DNA of 18,978 nt, taken from Octopus sinensis (taxonomy: Eukaryota). Each line of letters starts with the position of its first letter. Position 1 is the first letter of the stretch. Shown one piece after another: positions 7,993 to 18,907 of the stretch. Both the position numbers and the translations under genes were made by a program. Location: NCBI RefSeq assembly GCF_006345805.1, contig NW_021824369.1, positions 1-18,978 of the forward strand. The letters are read 5' to 3'. Below the pieces are notes generated by a model. That model did not search any database and was not told where the DNA came from. It saw only the letters and a program-made list of their open reading frames with translations.

Positions 7993-9511
7993 ATGATGTA
8001 CCAAAACAGTATAATAATGAATGGCAGTAGGGACTCTGGAACCACATCAGATGAAAGAGTCTGGCCCGACAGGGGCTCCAGAGCATCACAGTCTGAACCC
8101 GGCCGTCATCATGCTACTGTGAGAGAACCAAATAAAATATTGAATATTGGCTGTTGGAATGTACGGACACTACTTGACCGCAAGTCCTCTGAATGTCCTG
8201 AAAGAAGGACTGCGCTTGTTGCGAAGGAGCTTCAACGCTATGATCTTGACATCGTTGCTTTATTTGAGACGAGATTACCTGGAGATGGTCATCTTACAGA
8301 ATCTTGTGGAAAATATACATTCTTTTGGAAAGGGAGGAATGAAGAGTTTAGAGGAGAGGCGGGAGTGGCATTTGCTGTTAAGACTAATCTTGTGGACAAG
8401 TTGGAAGAATTCCCAGTCGGAATTAACGAGCATCTTATGTCCATGAGAATTCCTTTGGATAAAGGAAATTATGTGACCTTGGTGAGTATGTATGCTCCAA
8501 CTATGTGCTATACTGATGACAAAAAAGTTTCTTTCTATCATGCTTTGAAGGGCATTATAGGAAAGCAAGCGATGCTTTCGGAAGGCTAGAAAGGCGCCTC
8601 TGGAGTCGGCGAGACATATGCAGAAAGACAAAGATAAAGGTGTACAAGGCATGTGTGCTCCCTTCTCTTCTCTATGCCTGCGAGACGTGGGTCCCATATT
8701 GATACCATCTTAAACAATTGGAACGCTTCCATCAGATGTGTCTCAGACGGATCTACGGCATTAAGTGGGAGGACCGCATCAGTGATTTTGTAAATATTGG
8801 AAGGCTCTCGGTGCGCAAGTATAGAAGCTCTTGTGCTAAAGCAAAGGCTCCGATGGAGTGGTCATCAAGTCAGGATGAAGGATTCAAGGATGCCAAAACA
8901 ACTCTTTTATGGAGAGTCAGCTAAAGGAGAACGACCCCCACATAAACCAAAAAAGAGGTATAAGGACTTGCTGAAGGCTTCCTTAAGAGATGCTTGCATC
9001 TCTCCTGACACATAAGAAGGCATAGCTATTGATCGTAACAGGTGGAGAAGGATTATGCATGAGGGGACAGCCACTTTTGAGAAATCTCAAGTTGCACATG
9101 AGAAAATAAGGAGGGATGTCAGGAAGGGTATCGCTGTTACACTTCCAGATGGGAAGGGTCTTCCTTTGATGCTGAAATGCAGTGTCTGTGCAAGACCCTG
9201 CCTCAGTAAAGCTGGACTCAAGAATCATCTTCGTAGTCATAAAACGAGACAGATGAGTGACAATCTGGCCACTGTTGGTGGTGTAACACACTATACTAAT
9301 CATATCTGTCAGGCATGTGGAAGGGAGTGTAATTCGGCAGGAGGACTTAAACGACATGCAACGGTACATGAAGCCCAGTTACAACTACAGCCGGCTATTG
9401 CCGGTAAAGGTTTTAGCTGCCAATTCTGGGCTAAAAAGTCACATTCGATCACAGCACCAATAACAGTTAAGCTTCGTGCAATGGCCATACTCGATAATGA
9501 GGGGGCAGCCA
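7993..9511 (+). pseudogene. RTE-clade LINE: APE endonuclease N-part fused to the post-RT C-terminus (RT deleted), with stops and frameshifts
   Basis: APE motifs IGCWNVRTL, ELQRYDLDIVALFETR, GVAFAV and MYAPT. From 8565 in a shifted frame: ASDAFGRLERRLW, TKIKVYKACVLPSLLYACETW, LERFHQMCLRRI, LRWSGHQVRM..RMPKQLFYGE, K.RYKD.LK, then C2H2 fingers. No RT core (no YADD-type motif) is present. Confidence 0.93.
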
Positions 9512-10039
9512 TGTATGCATGTATTTATGTATATATATGTATGTACACGTATGTGTGTATATTACATAGAGAACTTGAAAAAAGTTTTGCATATTTTTAC
9601 TGTTCCACTTAAAGTTTATGTTTCTAATGTGCGCTTTGGGTCGTTGATTTCTTTTTTCCAGAAACTTAGCTTGTGTATTTTATCACATAGGCATTTGCTC
9701 ACAAAACCAAGTGCTCCAATTATGATTGTAGTTAATGTGAATTCATAATCTAGGCGTTGAAGCTGGCGGTTTCAAAGCAGTTGCCGATACTTAGTCCTTC
9801 ACTTAAATTTTCGAAGAGATATTGAAACTAGTGGTACAGTAAGGGTTTGTAAGACATTTCAAAAGTTCTCCACGTGAGATTCTTGTGTGAATAGACGCAC
9901 ACGCTTGGGTGTATAATGTATCGGCAGTTCAACCAACACAACAACTCGACCACATTTTCACAAAAACCGGGAACTCTCTTAACTCAAAACATCTTGGACT
10001 CACTCTAGAACTTAAATAAAGCTAAAAGAAAAATCATAC

Positions 10040-10240
10040 ATGTATACACACACTCACACACACACACGCACGTATGTATGTATGTATGTATGTATGTATG
10101 TATGTATGTATGTATGGATGGATGTATGTATGTATGTATGTATGTATGTATGTTTGTTTGTATGTATGTATGTATGTATGTATGTATGCATGTATGAATG
10201 TATGTGTGTGTATATATATATATATATATATACTCGAATA

Positions 10241-10283
<43 letters not shown>
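10040..10283. repeat. Compound microsatellite (CA)n(TATG)n(TA)n
   Basis: Read directly from the sequence. Confidence 0.95.
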
Positions 10284-10557
10284 CTATTTCCTTACATATG
10301 TTAATATATGCGAAAACAACAATGAGAGGAAATACGTTTTTGTTAAAAAAAAAAAAAAAGGTATTCAAGTACGTATAATGACAATAACCAGAAGCGACTA
10401 CATATTTATAAATGGATTCACTGAGGCAGTAAAGAGTATTAGGAAATTATGATACCAGAATTTACAATGAATTCAGCCGCCATTTTAGTCAATGCAAAAG
10501 CTCTGTTGACACAAGGACCGTATGTTGTAACCGGTGATTAACCAAATGTTAATTAAT

Positions 10558-10898
10558 TACACACGCACGCACACACAAATACGCGCGCGCGTATATATAT
10601 ATATGTATATATATATATATACACACACATAACTTGCAGATTGTTTAATATATGCTGTGTGTGTTTCGTCTACGCGTTCCGTTCGAGTATAAGCTTATGT
10701 ATGTATGTATGAATGTATATATTTATATGTGTGTATGTGTGCTCGTGCGTGTATGTGTGTGTGCTTGTGTGTATACATACATACAAACAAACATACATAC
10801 ATACGTACATACATACATACATGCATACATACACACATACATAAATACATACATACATATATACACACATACATACATACATACATACATTGTCACAC
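10558..10898. repeat. Degenerate (CA/TA/TATG/TACA)n low-complexity tract
   Basis: Read directly; it is the source of several spurious ORFs. Confidence 0.9.
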
Positions 10899-11636
10899 AC
10901 CTCGCGGCAGACAGAGAGGAAGATGGAGCATAGAAAGAGAGGGAGAGAGGAGAGGTGAAAGTTTTATTTGTAGATTGTCCAAAAGTTTCCAGTTAAACAG
11001 ATGTGAAAGTAAAAAAAGAGACCGTCTCAATTATATGACCTAATCTTCGTTGTAAGCACATAAAAATAAATCGAAAGGATAAAAGAAGACCATAATAAAA
11101 AAACGAATGGGTAAAATATTTGCTGGGGATTAAAATAAATTAAAATATGTTTCTCCGTAGAATACGGATTAAAATTACTTTTATAGAAACATAAGACAGA
11201 CAACGAATCCCTTGAAATTCGCCAATTCATAAAAACTCCATGAACCTTGGTCGTAGTTATTTTGGGATTCTATCTCGACTGTGAGCTCCATTAATAATTT
11301 GCTTTGTAGTTTCACGAAGTTGTTTTTTTTTTTTTTTGGTTTCATATGAATAGTCGATCTTTTTACTGCCGGGCATTATTTTTGTGGGAAGGGGGCAAGT
11401 ATCTCCTACCAAAGTGTAGGGTACAAGAGAGTCATTTGAGGTACGCCGTCTAGAAGTGCCTTTTTTTTTGTCTGTGTGTGGGATGATAGTGGTATGAGTA
11501 GGTTTAATCACTTAACCCTTGGCCCGGTTTACCTCCACCACCACCACCACCGCCAACAACAACAACTATAACGCTACCACCATCACTGCCTCCATGTTAC
11601 TACCACTACCTCCATTCTTACCACCACCAACAACAG

Positions 11637-11940
11637 GTGGAGGCGCAATGGCCCAGTAGTTAGAGCAGCGGACTCACGATCGGAGGATCGCGGTTTCGAT
11701 TCCCAGACCGGGCGTTGTGCGTGTTTATTGAGCGAAAACACCTAAAGCTCCACGAGGCACCGACAGCGGGTGGTGGCCACCCCTGTTGTACTCTTCCGCC
11801 CCAACTTTCTCTCACTCTTTTTTCCTGTTTCTTGTCCCCGACTTCCTACGCAACCGCTGAGCCTGGATGCGCATTCATCCATCCGTCGATGCTCTCGGTG
11901 TCGGGGGTTGACCTGCTTTCTGGGACGAAGACCGTTCGCT
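11637..11940 (+). mobile_element. tRNA-derived SINE, family 2, copy 3, with a different 3' tail; in a (CAC/CAA)n tract
   Basis: Same head and body as 2571 up to CTTTCTCTCACTCTT, then unrelated sequence ending GGGACGAAGACCGTTCGCT followed by CAA-rich repeats. Confidence 0.88.
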
Positions 11941-12070
11941 CAACAGCAACAGTAACAGCAACCATCAACAACAACATCGTCATCAACACCTTTAATGTCC
12001 ACCAGCCTCACCATCACAACATTACCAATACCACCACAAACAACAATACAAAATATCGTCAACCATATGT

Positions 12071-12184
12071 TTCTTTACTACCCACAAGGGGCTAAACACA
12101 GAAAAGACAAACAAGGATAGACAAAGGGATTAAGTCGATTACATCGACGCCAGTGTATAACTGGTACTTAATTTATCGACCCCC
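12071..12184 (-). mobile_element. 3' part of SINE family 1, joined to a family 3 fragment (12191-12235, +)
   Basis: AAGTCGATTACATCGAC.CCAGTG.A.AACTGGTACTTAATTTATCGACCCC is the reverse complement of the family 1 body. Confidence 0.8.
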
Positions 12185-12471
12185 AAAAAACCTCGTGAGT
12201 GGATTTGGTAGAAGGAAACTGAAAGAAGTTTATTGTAAATATATATCTATCTATCTCTATATATAATATTCATAGAAAAATACAGTGTACATTTAAACAC
12301 ATAAGAGATGACCATAATAGGACATCTGACTCACTAGAAAGAGCAGTTAAACTCCAAACCACTAATAGTTGTAATTCTGAAAGGGAAAGAGAAATAAAAA
12401 CGTTTACCCCATCTTTCCTGGACTATGTATAGTTTCGGCAATATTTTGTAAATAAAATAAAATGATTTTGT

Positions 12472-13210
12472 TCTATAGAGGGCTGGTAGAGGCAAAAAAT
12501 GACGACGTCCTAGGAGGGTCTCTGGGGTTCGATGAGAATGAACTCTCCAACCTGTTTAAGAAGACTTTCAGCCGGGATATTTGGACAATTACCAAAAATC
12601 CCTGACCTGGCAGTGCTATAGGAATGCATTACCTGCTCGCGAGAAGTTATCCAGGCACGGAATGTCAGTGCCACCGACGTGTCCAAGATGTGGGTTGGAC
12701 GATGAAACCGTTCAACACGCTTTTGTACAATGTCGGGAGCTGTCAGGCTTGATAAGTTACGTTGAACACGTGTTGTCGCATCTGGGACGAGTACAGCTGT
12801 CGGCTGGATCTATGATAAAGATGATACCGCCAACTTGACTCTCAAAGGAAGGTAAGGCTTGTTTTTACTGTAGGGTAGCAGTTCTGAAAGAGTGTGTGTG
12901 GAGAACCAGAATGGAAGGTTTTGTGACAGGGTCCTTTGTCTCTGGCCCCGGTTTGCTAAAATATTTCAGATATCATCTGAAGAGCAAGATGGGATTGGAG
13001 AAGAGGAACCTGCCACAGAAAGAGTATGTGAAACGTTGGAAGGATGTGATGAGAAAGGTGGATGTAAGTAACCCAGCTTAATCATCAAAGAAAGGAAAAA
13101 TTAGTTGCTGGGCCTTATAGGCTGCCGGGTTCAAAATTCGAAACCGGCACTTCCCATTCCTTTTCATTTTACATATGTTATAATTTCTAATGTTTTTTAA
13201 TAAAAAAAAA
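12472..13210 (+). pseudogene. L1/Tx1-clade LINE 3' fragment: ORF2 C-terminus with CCHC zinc knuckle, 3'UTR and A-tail
   Basis: LTWQCYRNALP.REKL.RHG..V...CPRCGLDDETVQHAFVQC is the zf-RVT-type motif of L1/Tx1 ORF2, followed by MWRTRME. AATAAA and an A-run at about 13199-13210. The 3'UTR may extend to about 13460. Confidence 0.85.
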
Positions 13211-13217
13211 CGCACTA

Positions 13218-13346
13218 AAGTTCTCGTTATAAAGGCAAAAGTAAGCCAAGTTTTCGTTTAAAAGCAAAAGTAAGCCAAGTTTTCATTTAAAGACAAAAGC
13301 AAGCCAAATTCTCGTTATAAAGGCAAAAGTAAGACAAGTTTTCGTT
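13218..13346. repeat. 29/30-bp minisatellite, about 4.4 copies
   Basis: Unit AAGTT(C/T)TCGTT(A)TAAAGGCAAAAGTAAGCC; unit lengths 30, 29, 29, 30, then a partial copy. Confidence 0.92.
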
Positions 13347-13486
13347 CATGTTACATTATAACTAAATTTTTAAGTTTCATTCGAACTCTCATAACATTCT
13401 TTGTAATTGTTTGTCCTGTTATGTCCAATTCCTTGTAAAATCGCATGATTTTAATAAAGATTTCATCTCCAGCAGGAAGCCAAGGC

Positions 13487-13536
13487 TAACATATAGGCAC
13501 GAGGCGATAAAGACCATGCCTCGTGTTTATATGTTA
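13487..13536 (+). other. 19-bp hairpin (17 Watson-Crick + 2 G-U), 12-nt loop
   Basis: TAACATATAGGCACGAGGC / GCCTCGTGTTTATATGTTA. Confidence 0.85.
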
Positions 13537-13654
13537 TAACTTTTCAAAATCCACCACGCATGCGCGGTTTTTTCGGCAGTAAATACAAGTACCGATTTTC
13601 TTTCAAAATTAGCCAAAAAACCTTTATCTCTCTCTCTATATATATATATATGTG

Positions 13655-13828
13655 TGTGTGTGTCTTTATGTCTGTGTTTGTCGCGCACGACTGCTTGACA
13701 ACCGGTTCGGCGAAAGAGAGCGATAGGCTTTAAAAAATTAAGTCCTGGGGTCGGTTTATTCGACTAAAACCTTTTAAGGCGGTGCCCCAGCATGGCCGCA
13801 GTCAGAATGACTGAAACAAGCAAAAAGA
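13655..13828 (+). mobile_element. 3' half of SINE family 3, internally deleted
   Basis: Matches 3275-3528: GCTTGACAACC..AAGTCCTGGGGTCG.TT.ATTCGACTAAAA..AAGGCGGTGCCCCAGCATGGCCGCAGTC..AATGACTGAAAC. Confidence 0.8.
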
Positions 13829-13974
13829 TTACCGGAGAGAAAATCGGTGTTCTTTGTTATCGTTTTATTTCGTGGTCAAGACAGAACGCAACCTGTCTAT
13901 TTGGCACAACTACTTCCAGCCATCACAACCCACTGGATGTTCCGTTCGATCTAGAACAGAGAGAGGGGGCTGTG

Positions 13975-14018
13975 TGTGTGTGTGGTTGTGTGTGGGTGTG
14001 TGTGTGTGTGTTGTGTGT

Positions 14019-14058
<40 letters not shown>

Positions 14059-14244
14059 TCTGTGAGTTCGTGACTGCGTAGGAGCCTAAAACAGTTACTC
14101 GAAAGCCTGGTACATGAATGATATGAATCCATCAATCTCGAATGAGTAATGACTGGTTTTTTACACACACACACATGCGCGCGCACAATTACACACACAT
14201 ATACATACAATCACACACAACAGTATATGTGCGTGTATGTATGC

Positions 14245-14293
<49 letters not shown>

Positions 14294-14490
14294 CACACAC
14301 ACACACATATATATATACACACAACACACACATATATATATAACACACACACACACACATATATAGACATTTATTACACATACACACATTTATTATGTAT
14401 GTATACATATATGTGTGTGTATAAGTATGTATTATAATAATAATAATAATAATAATATAATAATAATATAATAAAATAATAATAATAATA
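13975..14490. repeat. (GT)n, then (CA/TA)n compound and (TAA)n microsatellites around a short unique island (14057-14160)
   Basis: Read directly from the sequence. Confidence 0.9.
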
Positions 14491-14491
14491 A

Positions 14492-16414
14492 ACACTAGCC
14501 ATTAACAAAGTAGTAGCACCAACAAAATCATAAAATTCATAGAGCACTCTATGAATAAATGGCAAACAGTCCTACACCTCCAAACAAAAGAGGGACTCAT
14601 GAAAACCAAAGACATCCCCATTAGAAGGGGAATATTCCAGGGAGACACGCTCTCTCCACTCCTTTTCTGCTTGGCACTGTCACTTCTATCTGATATGCTA
14701 AATAGAACTGGATGCGGATATAAATGTTACGGCAAAACGATCAGCCACCTTTTATATATGGATGACCTAAAACTATACGCTGCAAATGACAAACAGCTGG
14801 AAACACTATATGAAGACAGTTCATGGATTTACCAAAGAAATAGATATGAAATTTGGATTAGAAAAATGCGCCAAAGTAACCATGAAAAGAGGAAAACTAG
14901 TTAAGAGTAACAACATCACACTAGATAAAACCAATGAAATAAAAGAATTAGACCAAAGCCAAACTTACAAATACTTAGGAATCCATGAACTAGATAAGAC
15001 AAACACACAAAAATGAAAGAGAAAATAAAAAAAGAATATTATAGACGAGTTAGATCAATACTAAAAACAGAGCTCAATGCTAAAAACAAACAAAATAATA
15101 GGTATCAACACTTTAGCTGTCCCAGTTATAAGTTACAGCTACAATATCCTTAACTGGACACGAAATTAACTGTCCAAAATAGATAGGAAAACAAGAAAAA
15201 TACTGACAGGATCTAGGATGCATCACCCAAAATCTGACATAGAAAGACTATATATACAACGTATAGAAGGTGGTAGAGGCCTTATACAGCTGGAAAACTA
15301 CTATAAAATAACCACCATAGGACTGCAAAAATACCTACTTCAGAAGGAAGAAAAACTGATCCAGATAGAGCAAAACACGAGCAAAAAAAAAACTGTTCTC
15401 AGTATTTAAGGAAGCTGACAAATACAAACAAGAAATCATACCACCTAATAAACATGAAGAAGAAGAAGAAGAAGAAGATGAAGAAACAACAAAAGCTATA
15501 AAAAAATGAAATCCAAACTAAAAATAGAACAGCAACGAACCATGATAAAACGATGGCAAGAAAAGCCCCTTCATGGTAAATACTGGACTAAACTAAACGC
15601 AAAAGAAATAGACAAAGAAAAATCCCAGCAATGGTTGAGAAGCTCAGGACTCAAAGCAGAAACAGAGGGATTTTTAATTGCAGCACAAGACCAAAGCCTC
15701 CCCACCAGAAATTACCAAAAACATGTAATGAAAAGAAATATTACAAGTAACTGCAGAATATGTGGAGATGGACAAGAAACAATAAATCATATTATCTCTA
15801 GCTGCCCAGTCCTGGCTAAGAAGGAATATATTCACAGACATGACAGAGTTGGAACCTACATACATTGGAAGCTATGCCAACATTATGGAATAACACAGAA
15901 AAAAGATGGTATAGGCACACACCAGAAAGGTCACAGAAAACGAGAAAGCAACCATACTCTGGGATATGCCGATACACACAGATAGAGAAATTAAGGCCAA
16001 CAGACCAGATATAGTTGTCAGAGATCATGAGAAAAAAAAATGCTTTCTAATTGATGTATCAATACCGGCAGATGACAACGTGTCTCTAAAAGAAAGAAAG
16101 AGAGAACTCTCAAAATACAAAGACTGGAAATAGAGATAACTAGAATGTGGAACCTGAAAACAGAAACATTCCTATCATAGTAGGTGCAATAGGCATGATA
16201 AAAAAAATTCAGACAAATACATAACAAAAACACCAGGACTTACAAACACATATAACATACAGAAAATTGCACTACTAGGCACTGCACACATCCTACGCAG
16301 AACACTTTCCATACAAACCATCAGAGCATCACAACAAATCACAGCACATACCCAAGGCACACAGAGCTGCGCTCGGTAGTGAAGTGAAAGCACGTTATAA
16401 AAATAAAACTACTG
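14492..16414 (+). pseudogene. 5'-truncated Dong/R4-clade LINE (RT, CCHC, restriction-like endonuclease) in (TAA)n, with many frameshifts
   Basis: RRGIFQGDTLSPLLF, ISHLLYMDDLKLYA, FGLEKC, YKYLG, KPLHGKY, TEGFLIAAQDQ, CRICG...ETINHIISSCP.LA...Y..RHD.V and ILWD..I.TDR.IKANRPDIV...C.LIDVSIP. (TAA)n on both sides, matching the known Dong target preference. Confidence 0.95.
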
Positions 16415-16441
16415 AATAATAATAATAATAAATAATAATAT

Positions 16442-16990
16442 ATGCCCTGATGCAGTAGTACCAGGCAGTGGCTCTCATGGCTTCTGATCTTAACTGATTC
16501 GATGGTTATCATGTACATGTTTTGTCTTGGTATAAAAGGGGGCTACAGCAAATATTCTGCTCAATACCACAGATTTGCTTGTCAGTTGTTTGACCTTAAC
16601 CAGTGAGCATGTCCCTTAGTGGCTGACGATATGTGCATCTCTGATCACAAGCAGAAGTAGTGGGGGAGCATCATAGCCATGTGTTGAGAGGGATTCTTTG
16701 GGTTTGAATAGTTCACCTCTGGAAACATGGTGGTTCTTTCAACATCCTTAAACAACCCTTATTCAGGGACCGTTTGAGCGGGATGGGCTACTCAACCTGA
16801 AGAAATTCTAACTGGGCCCCACCTGCAAGGTCATGTGCTGTTTATCTTGATATGAGATCACCATGTCGCGCACATATGGTTGTGATGCATGTGCCTGGTG
16901 TACCTTATCAGACGGGTAGTCATGATGGGTATATGGGCTTCGTATATTTTACCCCAGTGTCACTTTGATGGCATGAACTGTCTCTCACTC
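16442..16990. mobile_element. ~550-bp non-coding interspersed repeat flanked by (TAA)n; orientation unresolved
   Basis: Sharp (TAA)n boundaries, and pieces of it recur at 17001-17077. Resembles a recalled high-copy octopus repeat. Confidence 0.6.
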
Positions 16991-17000
16991 AATAATAATA

Positions 17001-17077
17001 ACTGATTGGAAGTGTTATCATGTACATTGTTTTGTCTTGGAAGTGTTATCATGTACATTGTTTTGCTCTCTCACTCA
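17001..17077. repeat. Deleted and rearranged mini-copy of the preceding repeat
   Basis: TGGAAGTGTTATCATGTACATTGTTTTG(TCT) occurs twice (17007-17037, 17038-17065; compare about 16493-16530) and is joined to the element end CTCTCACTCA. Confidence 0.8.
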
Positions 17078-17309
17078 GTAATAATAATAATGATAATAAT
17101 AATAATAATAATAATAATAGTAACAACAACAGTAATTTTAGAATGGAATTTATAAATATTTCATACATATTTAATACAATGCGCGTAGCGATGTATTAAG
17201 TATCTATATATTTCGTCCTAGAATTATCATCATCATCATCATCATCACCATCACCATCACCATCATCATCATCATAATCCTCATCCTCCTCCTCCTCCTC
17301 CTCCTCATC

Positions 17310-17372
<63 letters not shown>

Positions 17373-17514
17373 TTTATCCTACGTTATATCAGTTTAACTC
17401 TGATGCAACTCCGAAAAACTGACTCACTAGCATCATTAGATGGTATCCGGCATAATGAAATAGGAAGTTTATTTGCGTACCCCTAACGCTTAGGTAGGAA
17501 TAAACAACTTTAAA

Positions 17515-17552
<38 letters not shown>
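17078..17552. repeat. Microsatellite cluster: (TAA)n, (CAT)n(CCT)n(TAA)n and (GT)n
   Basis: Tracts at about 17078-17125, 17225-17372 and 17517-17552. Confidence 0.9.
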
Positions 17553-17554
<2 letters not shown>

Positions 17555-18062
17555 CGGTTGGTTGTCCTCGAATCGTGAGTCAACAATTGATTGACGCGTA
17601 GTTTATGAATTAAACGTTAACTTAATGTACGCGTGGTTGAGTCGGGTTATCCGGAGAATTATCAACGTTATCTAAAACCATAGCCCTAGTTACACTTCAC
17701 TCAATTTAAAAGAAAATGTAGGTGAGCCATGCTGCTGAGCATAAGTTGAGTGAAAGGGGGCTGGCATGAGCCTAACCAATAGTACCAGTAACAATGAAAA
17801 ACGACGACGACGACGACGACGACAGCAAAGAAGGAGTCATTTGAAGGAGACAATTTCGGCCTCCAGATACATTATATACTGGCTTAGTGGTTAGAAAGAA
17901 AGAATACTATAGTTCAACCTGGCGGACAATGACAAATTGTTGTATTGGCAGGACGGACATTGCAGATGTACAGATGATCATCTATTTTGACAATTGACAA
18001 GTTCTAGCTATTAGAGAACAACAGGTTTACAGGAGTCGCGGCTTCTGTTCAAATATGTAACT

Positions 18063-18362
18063 GGAATCTGTTCGGTTTGAACGGCAGTTTTTTTCTAGCG
18101 GTGTCATATGAAATTGTCACCCATAATTATGACCCTAGTATCGATCTATTGCATTTCAATCTGTTTTAGGGTTAGGATTAGTTAGGGTTAGGGTTAGGGG
18201 TGGGGGGAAGGGTATCTTTTTTTTCTTCAGAAATGTAAATAAACCCAATCTGTTTCTTAAACGAGGGACATATTCATACGGCACAGAATGTTGTTTACCT
18301 CAATTGACGTCATTGATTGGTTGAAATTGCAGAAATTGAAGAAAAAACAACAACAAAGATCC
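18063..18362. mobile_element. Probable MITE-like repeat, internally deleted, with a degenerate (TTAGGG)n tract
   Basis: Begins GGAATCTGTTCGGTTTGAACGGCAGTTTT, which I recall as the terminal inverted repeat of an octopus repeat. Ends AAAGATCC, a possible remnant of the right terminus. TTAGGG-like units at 18166-18200. Confidence 0.45.
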
Positions 18363-18499
18363 AAGAACATCCCAGCCTTCATCTACATATGTGGCTTTGT
18401 GTTTATATTAGTAAGGAAAACTATAAATGCGTAAGGGAGTGGCGTGCCAAGTGTTAGAATTAGAGGGGAGGTCGATTAAACACATTACACTTCTTACTT

Positions 18500-18630
18500 A
18501 AATGTCTCTTTACGATCCGAGTTCAAATCTCATCACGGTCAACCTTGCTGTGCATGTTTCCGGTGTCGATAAAAATACAGTATTAAATCAAGTACTGGGT
18601 TTTAACAACCTCTTTTCTCCCTAAAACTTT
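18500..18630 (+). mobile_element. Old, highly diverged SINE family 1 remnant
   Basis: GAGTTCAAATC B box, then GGTCAACCTTGC, GTCGATAAAA and CAAGTACTGGG in the family 1 order. Confidence 0.55.
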
Positions 18631-18792
18631 AAAATCCTTCGTTCTTTGTTTAGTAAAGTTAGGCAGAATAGTTGAGGGGGAGGGTAGAGAAACGTGATTT
18701 CTTTGACAACATTTATATTCCCCTGGAAAAATTTAAACCAGAAATCAAATGAATAAATAAAATAAAATATAAAAAGGATATACATGTGTGGT

Positions 18793-18793
<1 letters not shown>

Positions 18794-18844
<51 letters not shown>

Positions 18845-18866
18845 TACATACATATATATAGATATA

Positions 18867-18907
<41 letters not shown>

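Noticed and set aside
9782-9928. TGCCGATAC/GTATCGGCA inverted 9-mers as possible transposon termini
   Set aside because: Short, with no target-site duplication and no other support.
13218-13346. CRISPR-like 29-30-nt periodicity
   Set aside because: Units are contiguous with no unique spacers, there are no cas genes, and the context is eukaryotic.
14058-14115. CTGTGAG...CTCGAAAGCCTGGTA with a paired interior, hammerhead-like
   Set aside because: The core lacks A6, helix III is mismatched and there is no helix I.
16797-16830. CTGAAGA here and CTGACGA at 16623 within the 550-bp repeat
   Set aside because: No downstream GAAA, helix III and NUH arrangement.
17880-17920. A-box TGGCTTAGTGG plus weak B-box GTTCAACCT (tRNA or SINE head)
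   Set aside because: No cloverleaf and no match to the other SINE bodies; at most a very old remnant.
18166-18200. True telomere or chromosome-fusion site
   Set aside because: Only a few degenerate units, internal to a repeat, with no head-to-head array.
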